DNA of 63,829 nucleotides, the filler included, from Reclinomonas americana ATCC 50394 (taxonomy: Eukaryota), in the NCBI GenBank assembly GCA_048213135.1. It is 17 parts of 17 records of this genome, joined end to end, with 100 filler letters (N's around TTAATTAATTAA, not from the genome) between each part and the next. Parts side by side here need not be neighbours in the genome. Positions count along the whole stretch, not along the records: positions 1 to 6,126 come from AFZH01020674.1; positions 6,227 to 9,039 come from AFZH01020676.1; positions 9,140 to 11,121 come from AFZH01020677.1; positions 11,222 to 15,681 come from AFZH01020678.1; positions 15,782 to 21,453 come from AFZH01020679.1; 12 more parts are not named here. One strand, written 5' to 3'. The notes under the pieces are model-generated. The model was not told the origin of the DNA. It saw nothing but the letters and a program-made list of their open reading frames with translations, and ran no database searches. Shown piece by piece: positions 1-20,468 of the stretch. Position numbers and translations under genes: made by a program. Numbering within the stretch: position 1 is the first letter of the stretch; every line of letters begins with the position of its first letter.

Positions 1-3000
1 GCTCGACAGGTGCCGTGCGTGTTGGGAAGTTGTGTGACGTTTTCTTCTCGTCTCACTCTGTTGTCCGCCGCAGACGAACCGGAGCCGGTCAAGGTGACGT
101 ACAAGACCAAGGTGTTGCCGCCGATTGGCTACTTTCCCGATCACGGGAGGTCTGCCATTACTGCTGTCCTTTTCTCTTTTCTCCAATCCTTTGCTCACAG
201 CCTTCAACAACGCTACAGGAAAACCTTCTCCGTCGTCACCGACTCGAGTGAGCGATTCGCGCTCATGGCTGACGCATTTGGTCGCGTGTTCCTCGTCGAC
301 ACGCACACGTTTGTCGTGTTGCGTGTGTGGAAGGGATACAGAGAGGCGCAGTGTTTGTGGGTTCCACATCCCGACCCGCAGCGCGCCGTGCGAGGTACAT
401 TTTTTGCGAATGATGAAGACGGGGAGAGGGGAGGGGAGGGAAGAGTATGGTCAAGGAAGATGAGCGGAGGATGTCTTGAGAGTGAAGGGGAATGAGGAAC
501 AGGTGAAGGGAGTAGAAGCGAAGAGGGGTTGTCGTAGAAGGGAGTGTTAAAAGGTGTCATCTTTCTCTCTCACCCCCTCACTCTTCCTCGCTTCAGGCTC
601 CCAGTGCGTGTGCATCTACGGTGCACGGCGTGGTGTGTTGGAGCTGTGGGAAACTGGAGGAAAGCGACTGGCCGCCAAGAAGTTTGTGCCCCGTGCGCAG
701 CTTCTCCGACTGTACCCACACGTCGGTCGTTCGCATAGTGATCACGCTAACGGTTTGTGTGTCTGCTTGACTGTCCTTGACATGACCTTCCTTGCTTATT
801 GGCGTGTCGTCTCAGCCAAGGCACATTCCGCGAGTCACGTGATATTTGCCTGCCCGGACGGCAAGCTCATGGAGGTCGTGTTTGAGGTCCCGCGACAGCC
901 AGTGAGCAACCCGCAGAACAGGTGTGTACCACATCAAGCAGCTTTGGCGTTTGGTGCTGCGTTTTTCACATGTACTCGACAGTGACTTGGCCGCATTCGG
1001 CAAGCTGGAAGACGACAAGGCCGTGTACGCTGCATTCCTCACGGCGTATTCGCGACTCAAGCAACCAGAATCGCGCTTCGGTGCCTTTCTCGTCACCAGT
1101 GACGTGCCTGACTTGTCGGCTGGTCAGCGGTGTTTGGAAGATTTCCATCTCCTCGCCGTGTCTTCTTCTCACCCAACCGCATGCATGCAGATCTGAGCAG
1201 TGAGGCTTCGAGTGCCAGCAGCGGAAGTGGCAGTGGTGCTGCGTCGGCATTGCTCACGCAGCTGCTGGATCTGCTGGGCATGTTTCGCGATCCACTGGCT
1301 GTGCTGCACTGCGTCAACATTACCCTGGATAAGGTGAGCGCGGGGTGGAGGGATGGTCATAGTGGGCGAAGCAAGGAAGAATTGCTTTTCATTTTTGAAC
1401 GCACGCCTGTGCCTCTCTTTTCATTCCGTTCGCTTGCATATCTTGTTCAAACCCTTTTCAACCCGTCCCTCAATTACTTCTTTCCCCCACCGTTGAGTTT
1501 CTGTGTGCATTCACTCCTGCTCTTGAGTTCTCCCAGTCGCTCTTCCCTTCACCTCCCCTTCCCCTTCCTTCCCTTTCCTTTCCCTCCCTGTTCCTTCCCC
1601 CTTCCCCCCTTCGCCTTCCCCTTCCCCTTCCCCTTCCCCTTCCCCTTTCCCTTCCCTTCCCCTTTTCCCCTCCCCTCCCCCTTTCCCTTCCCCGTCCCCT
1701 TCCCCTTCCTCTTCCCTCCCTTCTCCTCCTTTCCCTTCCCTTTTCCTCTTCCTCACCATCCTCCCTTCCCCTATTCAGCTGGGCGACGCCGACTCCACCA
1801 TCCGCGTGCTGCGCGCCGGCATTCGCTGCCTGGAGAGCATCGAGCGCACGGCGGAGCGCGAGGACGAGGATGTGGTGACCACTTTCCACGAGTACTGGGC
1901 TGATGTGGCGGCCGCCACGATGAAGCGGCGAGGTGAGGAAGGCTCCCCGACACGCCGTCGCTCATCTCCGTCCAAGAAGCGCGAATCGCGTCGCCCGTCG
2001 CCGCGTGCCGTTGTCGACGTGGAGCGGGTGATGGCGCCGCTGCTGTTGCGCCTCAACATGGTGCAAGCGTACTCGCTGGTGGAGCAGTCGAGTCAGGATG
2101 GCGGCTCGAGGATGAGTATGATGCAGGGCACGCAAAAGGTGCGAGCGTGGCTTCTCCGCCAGCTCTCACAGAATGGCGACGAGGCTCGTGGCGCACGACT
2201 GATGCGTCTGTTTGGGTGTGAGGCACCGCCGTCGCGCACACCTGCGGCGAGTGCGGGCGATTCTCCAGAGAGAGCCGCCGCCGGTGCCTCGGCGGCTGAT
2301 GCTGACGCGGTGGGCGAAGGCGATGGTGGTGGTGGTCCGGAATCCGAAGAAGACGCACGTGAGCTGTTTGGAGACGACGCAGACGGCGGTCACGCCAGGC
2401 TGTTGGCGGCTGTGGGTGCCGATGTGTCGCCCGACTTGTCGCCCGACACCGTCAACGCAGCGGAGCTGAGACGGCTGGACAGCATGCCGCTGAATGTGGC
2501 CGAATTCCTGCGCTGCTTCGAGGTCGAGAAGACGGCGGAGTTGGGGCCGGAGGCGTTTGCATTCCGCCAGCGGTGAGCGAACCTTACCCGCTTTTCTTGT
2601 GCGCTCAGTGTGCTTACTCTTTGTGTGTATGTTGCAGTGCCGTCACCGATGACGGCGGATCCGTTGTGCTGCAGGCCGCCTTGGATATTGAAGACATGTG
2701 CGTGTGTGTGTGTGCCATGAGAAGAGAAGCGGGGGAAGAGAAGGAGAAGAAATGGGAGAAGAGGGGGGCGAAGAGAGGGGGGAAAGGGAATGAGGAAGAG
2801 AGGGGGAAGAGAAGGGGAAGAGAGTGGGAAGGCGAAGGGGAAGAGAGGGGGAGGAGGAGGGGGAAGAGAGGGGAAGAGAAGGGGGAGGAGGAGGGGAAGA
2901 GAAAGGGGAATGAAAGGGGGAAGGGAAGGGGGAAGGGAAGGGGGAAGACATGTGCGTGCGCGTGTGCCATGGGGTAGTGGCACATGGAAACTCATGCACT

Positions 3001-5658
3001 CTCTGACTGCAGTGAGAGACGGCGTGTGGGTCTGGCCGAGAAGATCTCTCCGGCGCAGCAAGTGTGGCTGGCGCGCATGATCCTCGGTGTCTGCCGGCTG
3101 GGTCCTGATGCGCTGAAAGAGTGCCTCGTGTTGTGCGGACTGGATGGACCGAGTGCCGAGGTGTGACATGTCGAGTGGGAGGTCGATGTGAGTTGTCACG
3201 CACGCCTACTCACGTTTTCGCACAGCGTCTGTTTTGCATGTGGATCCTGCACTCGCCACTCCACGTGTTGCTGGACGAGTACCTTGTGGAGCAAGTGATG
3301 CACGTAATGGAGGCCGCCTACTCGCTGCAACAGCTGCTCATGAGTGCGTGCCTCCTGGTCGTGACAGTCGCATGTGTGTAGTGCGCTGACGATTTCGATC
3401 TTGTGCGCAGTGCCCGACGCCATGTCGCCACCCTCGGAGGATGCTGTCTCCGTGTTCGTCACGTCCATGGGCATTCTCGCCACCACCACCGTGTACCCGC
3501 AAGCGCTGGTCCTCGGCAAGCTGTTGCATCAATTCTGCAAGGACAAGGTGCGTCGCCAAGTGCAATTGATGTGTCTGGATAAACCCTGCTGCTCACTCGC
3601 TGCAGGCCGATCGCATGGCCACGGCCGAGTCCATGGCCGAGGTGTGGTCTCACATCATCACTCAGCTGGAATGCTGTGCCGCCGTGCAGCACTTTGTCGG
3701 CCCCCTGGAGCAGCTGTCGGTGCAGTCGCTGCGCGAGATCTCCGTCTCCGAGGTGCTCTGTCGGTGCCTGATGGAGCGCGGAAACACGCGACCGGAGGCG
3801 CTGCAGGTATTGTATCCACATCTATTCTTCGGGGGATTCGCTTCCGCCTCGTTCTCATTGCGCTCCCGCAGGAATTGGTGACGTACCTGGACCACACCAC
3901 CTCGTACGAGCTGATTCACTTCCACACCATCGAGCGGCGCATCATGTTGTACACGCAGCCGGTGCTCGAGCGTGGTCAGTCGGCATTCCTCACTCTCGGC
4001 CCTTCTCATTCCCCTCCTCATCTGTGGTTGACAGCCGAGTTGGAGGAGCGCCAGTCGTTCCTCTTTGGCGCCAAGGAACTGTTCAGTGGCACCGACACGG
4101 TGGATGGCCTGGTGGACCGCGCATTGAAGAGCGTGCTGGCGCACTCTCTGTGGGAGTACGTGTACAAGCACTTGTTCCAAGAGATTCTGCATGACCTGGC
4201 GACGCTGCACTCGCCCATGGCGGCTTCACCGGTGCGGGGCAAGGGATCCAGTGCAGCCGCCGCCGCTGCGGCGAATCGGCAGAGGCTGCCGGAAAGCACC
4301 GAGTTGCTGATCGAGTTGCTCACTGTCGGACCGCATTTTGACTGTTGCGTCGTGATGCTGCACTGCTTTCTCTCACTCTTTCTCAAGTGTGCTTCGCAGT
4401 CCTGGAAAGCGTTCTCGAGATGCTCGAGGACGGATCACTTGTTGTGGAGATTTTGGTGCGCCTCACTGCGGTCTTTTGCCTGTGTTGGTCGCCGTGTCAT
4501 GACAAGAGCTCGCAGGAACAACAACTCGGAGTGCTTACCTTCCCCGATGCACATGTCTCCGACTGCCTGTCGGTGTACACCAGCATGTCGATTCACAAGT
4601 TGCGAATCATCGAGAGTGGGAGATGAAGGAAGAAAGGAGTTCTCACTCACATTCTCCATTGACGTCGCAGGTCGCTGGTGACTCAAACGCACGCATTGCT
4701 GCTCTTCCTTCGCTTCGGTGCCCTGCATCACAAGGAACTGCCGCATGGATGGGCGCACTTTGGCGGCAGCACTGTGAGTCAGCTCTTCCGACCTCCAGTT
4801 GTTCCCGACGCACTCGTCAGCCTGCCCAACGATGCCGCAGCGGCTGGTGAGTGAGTGAGTGAGTGCAAGCAGAGTGTTGATCGCATGCCTCTCCTCCTCA
4901 CATCTTGCCTCCTGCACAGCTCTTCTGCCTTCGCCCGCCGCAGTGGCGGCGGCGGCAGCAGATCCACACTGCACGGCGGCGAGAACAGAGTGGCTGGAGA
5001 CGTGTGGGCATGCCAATCCAAAGACGGCACTGCAGATTGCGTTCTTGTGGAAGGTGCCGGAGCATGCCACACGCGTGTCGCTCCTTGCGGCCGCCTGTGC
5101 CCAGGGTGACGCCGACAAGTTGCAAGAGGCCCTCATGCGTGTACCGGAGAGCGAGCGCGCGGCCGACGTGATGATGGAGGCCGCCAGAGCCAATGTGGCG
5201 CGTCACATTGACGGCATCTCCAACAAGAAGCGAGTATTGGAGATCATGTCGGTGGTGCCACTCGATGTGTTTGAGTGGTTGAGCGAGGTGGCGCCGTCGA
5301 AGATGGCCGAGAAGCAGAGCGGTGCGGGCGGCAGCAGCAAGCGCAGCAAGGGCGGCAAGGTGGGTGTTGGTGACGAAAGGGGAAGGAGGTGGGGGCGATT
5401 ATGCTCACCACGTGTTTGTCACAGGGATCGTCGTCATCGTCGTCACCCACCAAATCAGCGCCGGCGGCAGCCCCCGTTCGCGTGCTTCCGCTGGACGTGA
5501 CACTGGACTTGTTGAATCGGGCGGCCGATATTTACTCGTCGGTGGAGTCTGGTCGCGTGCCGGCCACCGCTGCAGGTGTGGCCACGATTGAGCAGCGACT
5601 GCGGTGGTGCCACGAGACCAGCAAGGTGGTGGAGGTGGTCAGGGAGAAGATCAAGTGA
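1..5658 (+). CDS. RAB3GAP2: Rab3 GTPase-activating protein non-catalytic subunit, multi-exon, 5'-partial
   Basis: DAFGRVFLVD...LRVWKGYREAQCLW and IYGARRGVLELW match the RAB3GAP2 N-terminal signatures (RxWKGYRDAQ; IYAPRRGxLEVW). Many short GT-AG introns join in frame. Stop TGA at 5656-5658. Confidence 0.85.
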
Positions 5659-6126
5659 AGAGGGGAGAAGGGTAATGGGGGGAAGGGGGAAGGGGGGGAG
5701 GGGGGAAGGGAGGGAGAACACAGGGGGCTATTCGCTATGGGCTTTGCATTTCCTTTGTCTGTCTTGCAGCACAAACTGCTGACATATCGCGATCGACGTC
5801 GACGTCGCGATAGATTGCAATCGCGTGACCTGCAGTTGTGACAGACAGCATGTGCTGCTGCGGCTGCTACGCGCAGAGGGCAATAACTGCCACCCAATGC
5901 CCTACTTAGCTCGGCGTGCAGCGACGACGGACACGCCACAGCGGACAGTGCAAATCTCCAGGCGGACGGACGATTTGGTCAATATAGAATATGTCGGATG
6001 ACGCGGTGCAGCGGCTGAAGCGCGCGCTGCTCTACCAGCAAGAGATTCTCTTCCTGCGTCAACGTCTCCGGTCTGTTTTGCGGCATTTGCACTCACTGCA
6101 CAGCTGCTGCTGCTCACCATAATATG

Positions 6127-6226
6127 NNNNNNNNNNNNNNNNNNNNNNNNNNNNNNNNNNNNNNNNNNNNTTAATTAATTAANNNNNNNNNNNNNNNNNN
6201 NNNNNNNNNNNNNNNNNNNNNNNNNN
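6127..6226. other. Artificial contig spacer (N44-TTAATTAATTAA-N44), first of 16
   Basis: Identical 100-nt six-frame-stop linkers also start at 9040, 11122, 15682, 21454, 27556, 33605, 37063, 38479, 42242, 44196, 46960, 52254, 55251, 60345 and 61960. Several genes continue across them, so the contigs are ordered. Confidence 0.98.
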
Positions 6227-6278
6227 TTTCCCCCTTTCCCCCTCTCCCTTACCCACTTCCTCTCTTCCCTCCCCGCAG

Positions 6279-8074
6279 TGAAGCAAGGAGCGGTGCACGA
6301 CGCCAAGTGGAACCCGAACGGCCGCGAGTTCATTGTGTCGCACGGCGCCATGCCTGCCAAGGTGGTGGTGTACAACGAGCGCGCAGAACCGACTTTTGAG
6401 TTTGGCACCATTCCGCGCAACACGATATTGTGGTCACCGCACGGCCGATTTGTGCTGCTCGGTGGTTTCGGCAACATCCCCGGCTACATGGACTTTTGGG
6501 AGAGGAAACGCGCAGGGCAGTTCAAGAAGATTGGCAGCGCGCAGGCTGCTGGCGCGTCTGTCCAGGTGTGGAGTCCGTGTGGACGATATCTGCTCACTGC
6601 CGTGACGGCGCCGCGCATGCGCGTCGAGAATGGGTGAGAGGAGTGGGAATGGAGGGCGAGGGCGAGTTGTCGCTCGGCGTGGAGCTGACCTTGTGTGATG
6701 CTTGCAGTTTTGCACTCTGGAAGTACAATGGCGAGAAGGTCGGCAGCCAGGACTTTGACGAGTTGCTCGACGCGCAGTTTGTGCCAATGGAGAGAAGCCG
6801 GTTCCCGGACAGACCCTCGTCTCCGGGGTCGTCGCGTGATGCGTCGGATGGAGCCAGTTCGTCGGCCCCAGGTGATTTTGGGAAAGGGGGAGAGGGAGGG
6901 AGGAAGGGGGAGATGGAGGGAGAGTATTTGTGTATGTGTGTGTAAGAGAGAAGGGGGATGAAGAAAGCGCTCGTTTCTCCCACTATGCCGCGGTTGATCC
7001 GATCGCCTGTTCTGTTTGTGTCGTTTCATCGCCATGTGAATTTGATTAATTCCGCTTGTCGCTTCTTTCTGTCCTCCCCTCTCCCAACATTGTCGTTACT
7101 GGCGTGTGCAATTGTCTTCTCATTCCCATGTCGCGGCTTCCCGTCCTCGCATCTCCCTCTAATTTCGTTGCTTGTGAATGCATCCGCCTTCTCAGTCCCA
7201 TTTACCGCTTCTTCCCGTCTCTGTCTTCTTTAGTCATTGCGTTATCTTCTCATTGTTTTTCACTTTTTCCCGTCGACGTTCATTTCTTGGGCCATCGTCT
7301 TCCGTGTCTAATTTTGCTCCTTCCCGTCCTTTTATCTCCCTACTCTGTCGTTGTTTGCGTGTACATTCGTCTTCTCCTTCCAAAATGTCGCGTCATCCCG
7401 TCCTTTCTTTGCTGCTACTCATTTCTTCTTTTGTCGTTTTTTCTGTGTCTGTTCGCCTCTCATTCCCTTTTCCCCTCCCTTCCCTTTCCCTTTCCGCAGC
7501 CGCTCCCGCCAAGTACATCCCGCCCGCCTTCCGCGGCCGCGAAAAGGAGTACCTGGAGAGCATCAAGTCGGCCGACACGGGACCGAAGAAGATCGCCAAG
7601 GGCGCCACCATCACCCCCGAACTGAAGCGCACGGCTGTTCTGCAGGCCGCGCCGCCTGCGCCGCTGATGCCGTCGGTGCCACCTGGATACGACTCGGACG
7701 ACGACAAGCCGACGGGCAGACGGCGTCGCAAGCGTCGTGGCAAGGGCGCCAAGCAGGAGGCCGAGGACGGCGAAGAGGAGGGCAATGGCGCGGCGTCGGG
7801 TTCTGGCAGCGCCTCTGCGGCTGCTCCAGCGGCGGCCACCACAACACCCGCTACTGCTGCTGCCACTGCTGCTGCTGCCGCCGCCTCTCCCGACGACGGG
7901 GAGGAGGGCGACGATGTGCAGAGGCGCATTCGCACGTTGACGAAGAAGCTGCGCCAGATCACGGCGCTGCGTGAGCAACAGGCGGCGGGAGAAGTGCTGC
8001 AGCGGACGCAGTTGGCCAAGATCGAATCGGAGGCGCAGCTTCGCGAACAACTGCGCAAGCTGGAGCTGCGGTAG
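6279..8074 (+). CDS. EIF2A: Translation initiation factor eIF2A, 3' portion (exons 6279-6633, 6708-6871, 7500-8074)
   Basis: GAVHDAKWNPNGREFIVSHGAMPAK...PRNTILWSPHGRFVLLGGFGNIPG...WSPCGRYLLTAVTAPRMRVENG, then KYIPPAFRG and the C-terminal RRIRTLTKKLRQI...QLAKI helix typical of eIF2A. Confidence 0.93.
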
Positions 8075-8281
8075 ACAAGGAGGGGCCGGTGACTCTCTGC
8101 GAGCACGCACATGATGACAAACTTGTTGCAATAGACACACATGTGATCATGTTGCTCTCTTATCAATCGACAGCAGCATTGCGGTTACACACACAAACGC
8201 GGGCCTCGGCGGTCATTTAATCCAGCACCCACCCACTCATACACCAATACACACACAGACTCGGGGGGGAACTCCTCTACC

Positions 8282-9881
8282 TCAGGCAGTCGCCTGTTGG
8301 TGCTTGCGCTGCACGTGCGCGTGGAACTGCTGTTGCTGCGCGCACGACAGAGTCGCCGTTGGCGACGACTCGTCCTTCGCCTGCAGCGTCGACAGCGCGT
8401 GTTGCGCACGAGCATGGCGCGCCACGTGATCGACATGCGGACCGGAGAGCAGCGGCAGCGACAGGCGCTCCCACACCGCGCACAACGAATCCAACAGGTG
8501 CTCAGTTTGCTCGGCCGTGTGAACAGGGCCGGGTGTCAGTCGAATTCGCTCGGTGCCCTCGGGCACCGTGGGCGAGTTGATCGGCTGGCAGTAAATGTTG
8601 AAGTCGTTGAGCAGCATGTCGGTGGTCGTGCGGCACAAGTCGGCGTTGTTGACCATGACAGGGATGATGTGCGAGGGGTTCTCCAGCACCGGCAGACCCA
8701 ATTGAGTCAGTCGCTGCTTGAGCTGCCGTGCCGCGTGTTGCTGCATCTCGCGCTCCGCGTTGGAGGTCTTGAGATGGCGCACCGAGGCCAGCGCGCCGGC
8801 CGCGATAACAGGGGAGACGGCGGTGCTGAAAATGAAGCCGGCGGCGTGCGAGCGGATGGCGTCTATGATCTGCGCGGGGGGAAAGGTGATTAGCAAGGGG
8901 GGGGTGGGGGGGGAGGGGAGAGGGAAAGGGGGAAAGGGGGAGGGAAAGGGGGAAAGGGGGAGGGAGAGGGGAAAGGGGAGGGGAGGAGAGGAGAGGAGAG
9001 GAAGAGGAAGAGGAAGAGGAAGAGGAAGAGGAAGAGGAANNNNNNNNNNNNNNNNNNNNNNNNNNNNNNNNNNNNNNNNNNNNTTAATTAATTAANNNNN
9101 NNNNNNNNNNNNNNNNNNNNNNNNNNNNNNNNNNNNNNNGTAGAGAAAAGTTTTTGAGTACAATCATGCAGTTGCACAAAACCACAATGATCACTGCACA
9201 CTGACCATCGCACGGCTCCAACTCCGACTGATGCAGCACCGACGAGGGCACCACTGCTGCAGGAGGCGTCTCCAGCACCTCAAACAAGCCGGGGTTGGCT
9301 GTCACAAACAAACAAACAAACACGCGCAATGTCAGTGCCATGTGCGCGCGCAAAAACAACACAACGAAAGTGATAGGAGAGAACTGCTTGCTTGCTTGCT
9401 TGAGAGAGAGGGAGAGAGTGAGGGAGAGATGGGGAAGAGAGTGTGATGCAGCAGATGCGTGTTACCAATTTGAAAGATGCGCTTGGTGTGAGAGAGATGC
9501 AACGGTTGCACACGCACACACAAAGGCGAGTGTTGACACACACAGAAACAGAGAGAGAGAGTGCAGCACATAGGAGGGAGACAAGACGAGCATGCACACT
9601 CATGCAACGCAACGGATTGACATGCACACGCAACAACATGCAAAGCAGCGATTGTGCACACAAGAGAGAGAGAGACAGAGAGAGAGAGAGAAAGAGCATG
9701 TGTGCGTCTGTGTGTGTGTGTCTCTCTCACCTGCCAAGAGGCGACTTGCGTGTGGGCACTGCTTTGCCAGCTCGCGCAGAGCAAATGGAGGCGGCGGGGC
9801 CATGCCAGTTGCGCCAAGGGCGCGAGTCAGGATCGGGCAGCGCGCGGCGAGGCGCGTCACCGGTTGCACAGAAGCACACAT
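8282..9881 (-). CDS. ALAS: 5-aminolevulinate synthase (exons 9881-9731, 9298-9206, [gap], 8869-8282)
   Basis: The last exon reads IDAIRSHAAGFIFST...SHIIPVMV...IYCQPINSPTVPEGTERIRLTPGPVHT. The adjacent contig encodes a presequence MCASVQPVTRLAARCPIL...AKQCPH with two CP motifs. Linkage across the gap is inferred. Confidence 0.9.
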
Positions 9882-10809
9882 TTCACTAACAGAGAGAGAG
9901 AGAGAGAGCAGAGAGAGAGTCAGCATGTTGTTGAGAAAGGCACATGATCTCTGTGTGTTGCTCACCTCTGCTTGTTTGTCTTTGCGCTCTCACGCCTCTC
10001 TCAGCTCACAGATTGATGACTGTTGTGGTTCGGTTTGTTTTTGTGCCTTCGCGGGTCGGTTGCTGTGGTCTTCGCGCTGCGATGACTGAGCGATTTAATT
10101 GAACTCCGTCACGGCGGCAAATTTGAGGCCAATGCCGGACACAGACTCAAACAGCTGCGAGAGTGTTGCTGTGTAAGGAGGAGGAGGAGACGGAGGGGGG
10201 AGGCGCATGGTGAAGACGAAGCAGTGATGACAGTCATCAAAACGTTGTCGCGATCGATTTATTGATATTGCCACGCGGGGTCTAATTCATCTGTGCACTC
10301 TGTCTCTGATGTTGAATTCGAAAGCAGCGGCGAAGGCGATCGAGAAGGCAAGGGCGCCGTACACGGGGCGGAGGTTGGCGATGTGGTTTCGATCGATTCG
10401 AATTCGAACAACACAAAACAATTCACCAACAAACAAGCAGCTTCAAGTACTTCGCTGATCCAAACTGCGACTCAGCTCCATGATGATCACCATCGTGCGT
10501 GAGTGGGTACCAGAATCTGAGACATCACGGAAAGAGTCCGAGAAATTGTAATGCTGGCGTTTCTGCAAGAGAAACCACAAACTTCTGATTCATCGGTGAT
10601 CGCCAACAACTCTCGTGTGCTTTCCTTCAACGACTAAAAACTGCGATCGTACCGCAACGCCAGCTGCAACCGTCACCAGCGACAGGATCGGTCTGACAGG
10701 AAGGCAACAAAAACTGCGAATGCTACTTCATAGAAACAGTTCACACAAATCAAAAACCTATCTCACTAGCACCACCTCTAAGGACACCCACTCCTTCGCA
10801 TTCTCTCAC

Positions 10810-11443
10810 TCACAGACCAAGCAGTGCCAGCGCACCACCTACATCGTCCCCCTCGCCACCCTCACCGCCTTCGCCTCCACCCGCCACGTCCCCGTCGAGA
10901 AGGTCAGCGGCGTGCGGCACAGCGGCCGCCACGGGGAAGCCGCGTGGGAAGTCACGCATGGCGGTTTCCATGTCGTCCACCAAGCGGAAGTAGTCGTCGA
11001 CGGTTTGCGCCTGACCGCACCGAGCGAGCAGTGGTGGGTAGCGCGGGAATCTGTGGATGGGGGGAGAGAGAGAGAGAGAGAGAGAGGAGGAGGAGGAGAG
11101 AGAGAGAGAGGAGGACGGACGNNNNNNNNNNNNNNNNNNNNNNNNNNNNNNNNNNNNNNNNNNNNTTAATTAATTAANNNNNNNNNNNNNNNNNNNNNNN
11201 NNNNNNNNNNNNNNNNNNNNNGGAGAAAGAGAAGGGAGAGAGTGTGAGAGAGAGAGAGAGAGGAAAGGGAGGGGAAGAGCCACAAGATGCATGCGGAAGT
11301 GCATGAGTGTAGAAGAGAGAGGGAGAACGATGTGAGCAAGTGAGTGTGTGTGTGAGAGAGTGAGACAGAGAGGGAGGAAGACAAGAGGTGTCATGCGAGA
11401 TGAATGTGATAGGCAGGCAGAGGGAGTTGCACTCTTTCTCTTC

Positions 11444-11483
<40 letters not shown>

Positions 11484-11828
11484 TTCTCTCTCTCCACCTC
11501 ACACTCTCTCCTCTTCCCTCTCATCTCTCCACCCAAATATAGATGCATTCCCCCCTCCCTCCCTCCCTCCTTCCTCACACACACCACTCACCATCGGCGC
11601 CACCATAAACCTCGGCGACCCCCACGCCCTAAACACCTCCCACCCGCGATGCACGACCTCACTCAGCGGTCTCTCCACGCGCATCACACTCGCCACAAAC
11701 GGAACCGCCTCCGCAGCGGCTTCGGCCTCGGCTTCGGCGGCTTGAGCGGCAATCGAGGCAGCGAGAGCAATGTCGGCGAGGGCGGGAAGAGGGGCGGCAG
11801 CTGCAGAGGAAGATGGCGGACTGCTCAT
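10810..11828 (-). CDS. DUS1: tRNA-dihydrouridine synthase 1-like (first exon 11828-11592, last exon 11050-10810, middle in gap)
   Basis: Exon 1 ends GWEVFRAWGSPRFMVAPM followed by a GTGAGT donor, matching the DUS1 N-terminal G(F/W)EF...VAPMV motif. The last exon is assigned by position and strand. Confidence 0.7.
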
Positions 11829-12203
11829 TCAATGAGGCAAAAGAGTGATGCAGCAGGACTTCGTGAAGTGCACATATCAACAAAAGCTCTCCATATGCTG
11901 AAGTACAACGTGCTTGAGACTGTGACTCTGAAAAAACGACGAAGCAAGCAGATCAGGAACGGAAGAGATCAGCAAACATGTAAATGTATTCGAATTCCTG
12001 CTGTACTCATGTGCACAAGGACGACGAGTGGAGACCATAGCGTGTTGAGAACCTGTGTGTATATGACCACAAGCATACCCCACTCGCAGTGAGCCACGAT
12101 GTCCTTGAGACTGTGACAGGAGTAAACGAAGAAGCTGGCAATATCGAACATGTACTGTACATGCTTGTGTTTTGTCTGCGGTCTCTCAACGCGCGTCACT
12201 CTG

Positions 12204-12402
12204 TCGCCACAAACAGAACCGCCTCCGCAGCAGCTTCGGCGGCTTGAGCGACAGCGAATGCAATGTCGGCGAGGGCGGGAAGAGGGGAGGCGGAGGAGGA
12301 CGGACTGCTTTTAAATGAGACGAGGCCAAAAAATCACGCAACTTGAAGTGTACTTGTCAACTAATGCTCTCCATATGCTGAAGTACAACGTGCTTGAGAC
12401 TG
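12204..12402 (-). pseudogene. Decayed duplicate of DUS1 5' flank and exon 1
   Basis: Aligns with 11690-11922 and shares an identical 37-nt block (11886-11922 = 12366-12402). The start codon is lost and there are deletions. Confidence 0.8.
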
Positions 12403-12646
12403 CGAATGCGAAGAATGAAGAAGCAAAGTGATTTGATTGCGAAGTTTTCGCAGTTGTTTCACTCAAGTGGTGGGCGTGAGTCGGAATTTCTGCCAATTTG
12501 CATGGTAGCATCAGGATCGACGCTCCTGTTGTTTTCCACCATCAAGGGGACGTTCAACGACACACGGATTCAGCGTCGACCATTCATCCGTCAACGCATT
12601 CGATAACGGGCGCCCACCCGCCCTCCTTGTCCATCAAAGCTGTTCA

Positions 12647-20194
<7,548 letters not shown>

Positions 20195-20468
20195 ACACCC
20201 ATTGCTTTGTTGTTGTTGTTGTAGTTGTCAAAATCGTTCACTGCATTCCTCCCCCTTTCCCTCCCTGCCTTCTCCTGCTTGATTGATCGTCCGCACGAGT
20301 TCCCGATTGTGATCTCTCTTCTCACCTGAACAGCAAGCAAGCAGGCATCGTCGGCAACAATAGCAACAGCAACAGCAACAACAAGATCGGAGATGGGGGC
20401 TGCATTCTTTCTCGCTGTGCCTCCTGCTGTCTCTCTCTCACACACATACATACACACACGTGTTGTCT

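Noticed and set aside
1470..1889. Long Gly/Arg/Glu- or Pro/Phe/Ser-rich ORFs (also about 2614-3203, 33791-34300, 41519-42293, 50527-51575)
   Set aside because: Stop-free translations of purine/pyrimidine-rich intronic sequence.
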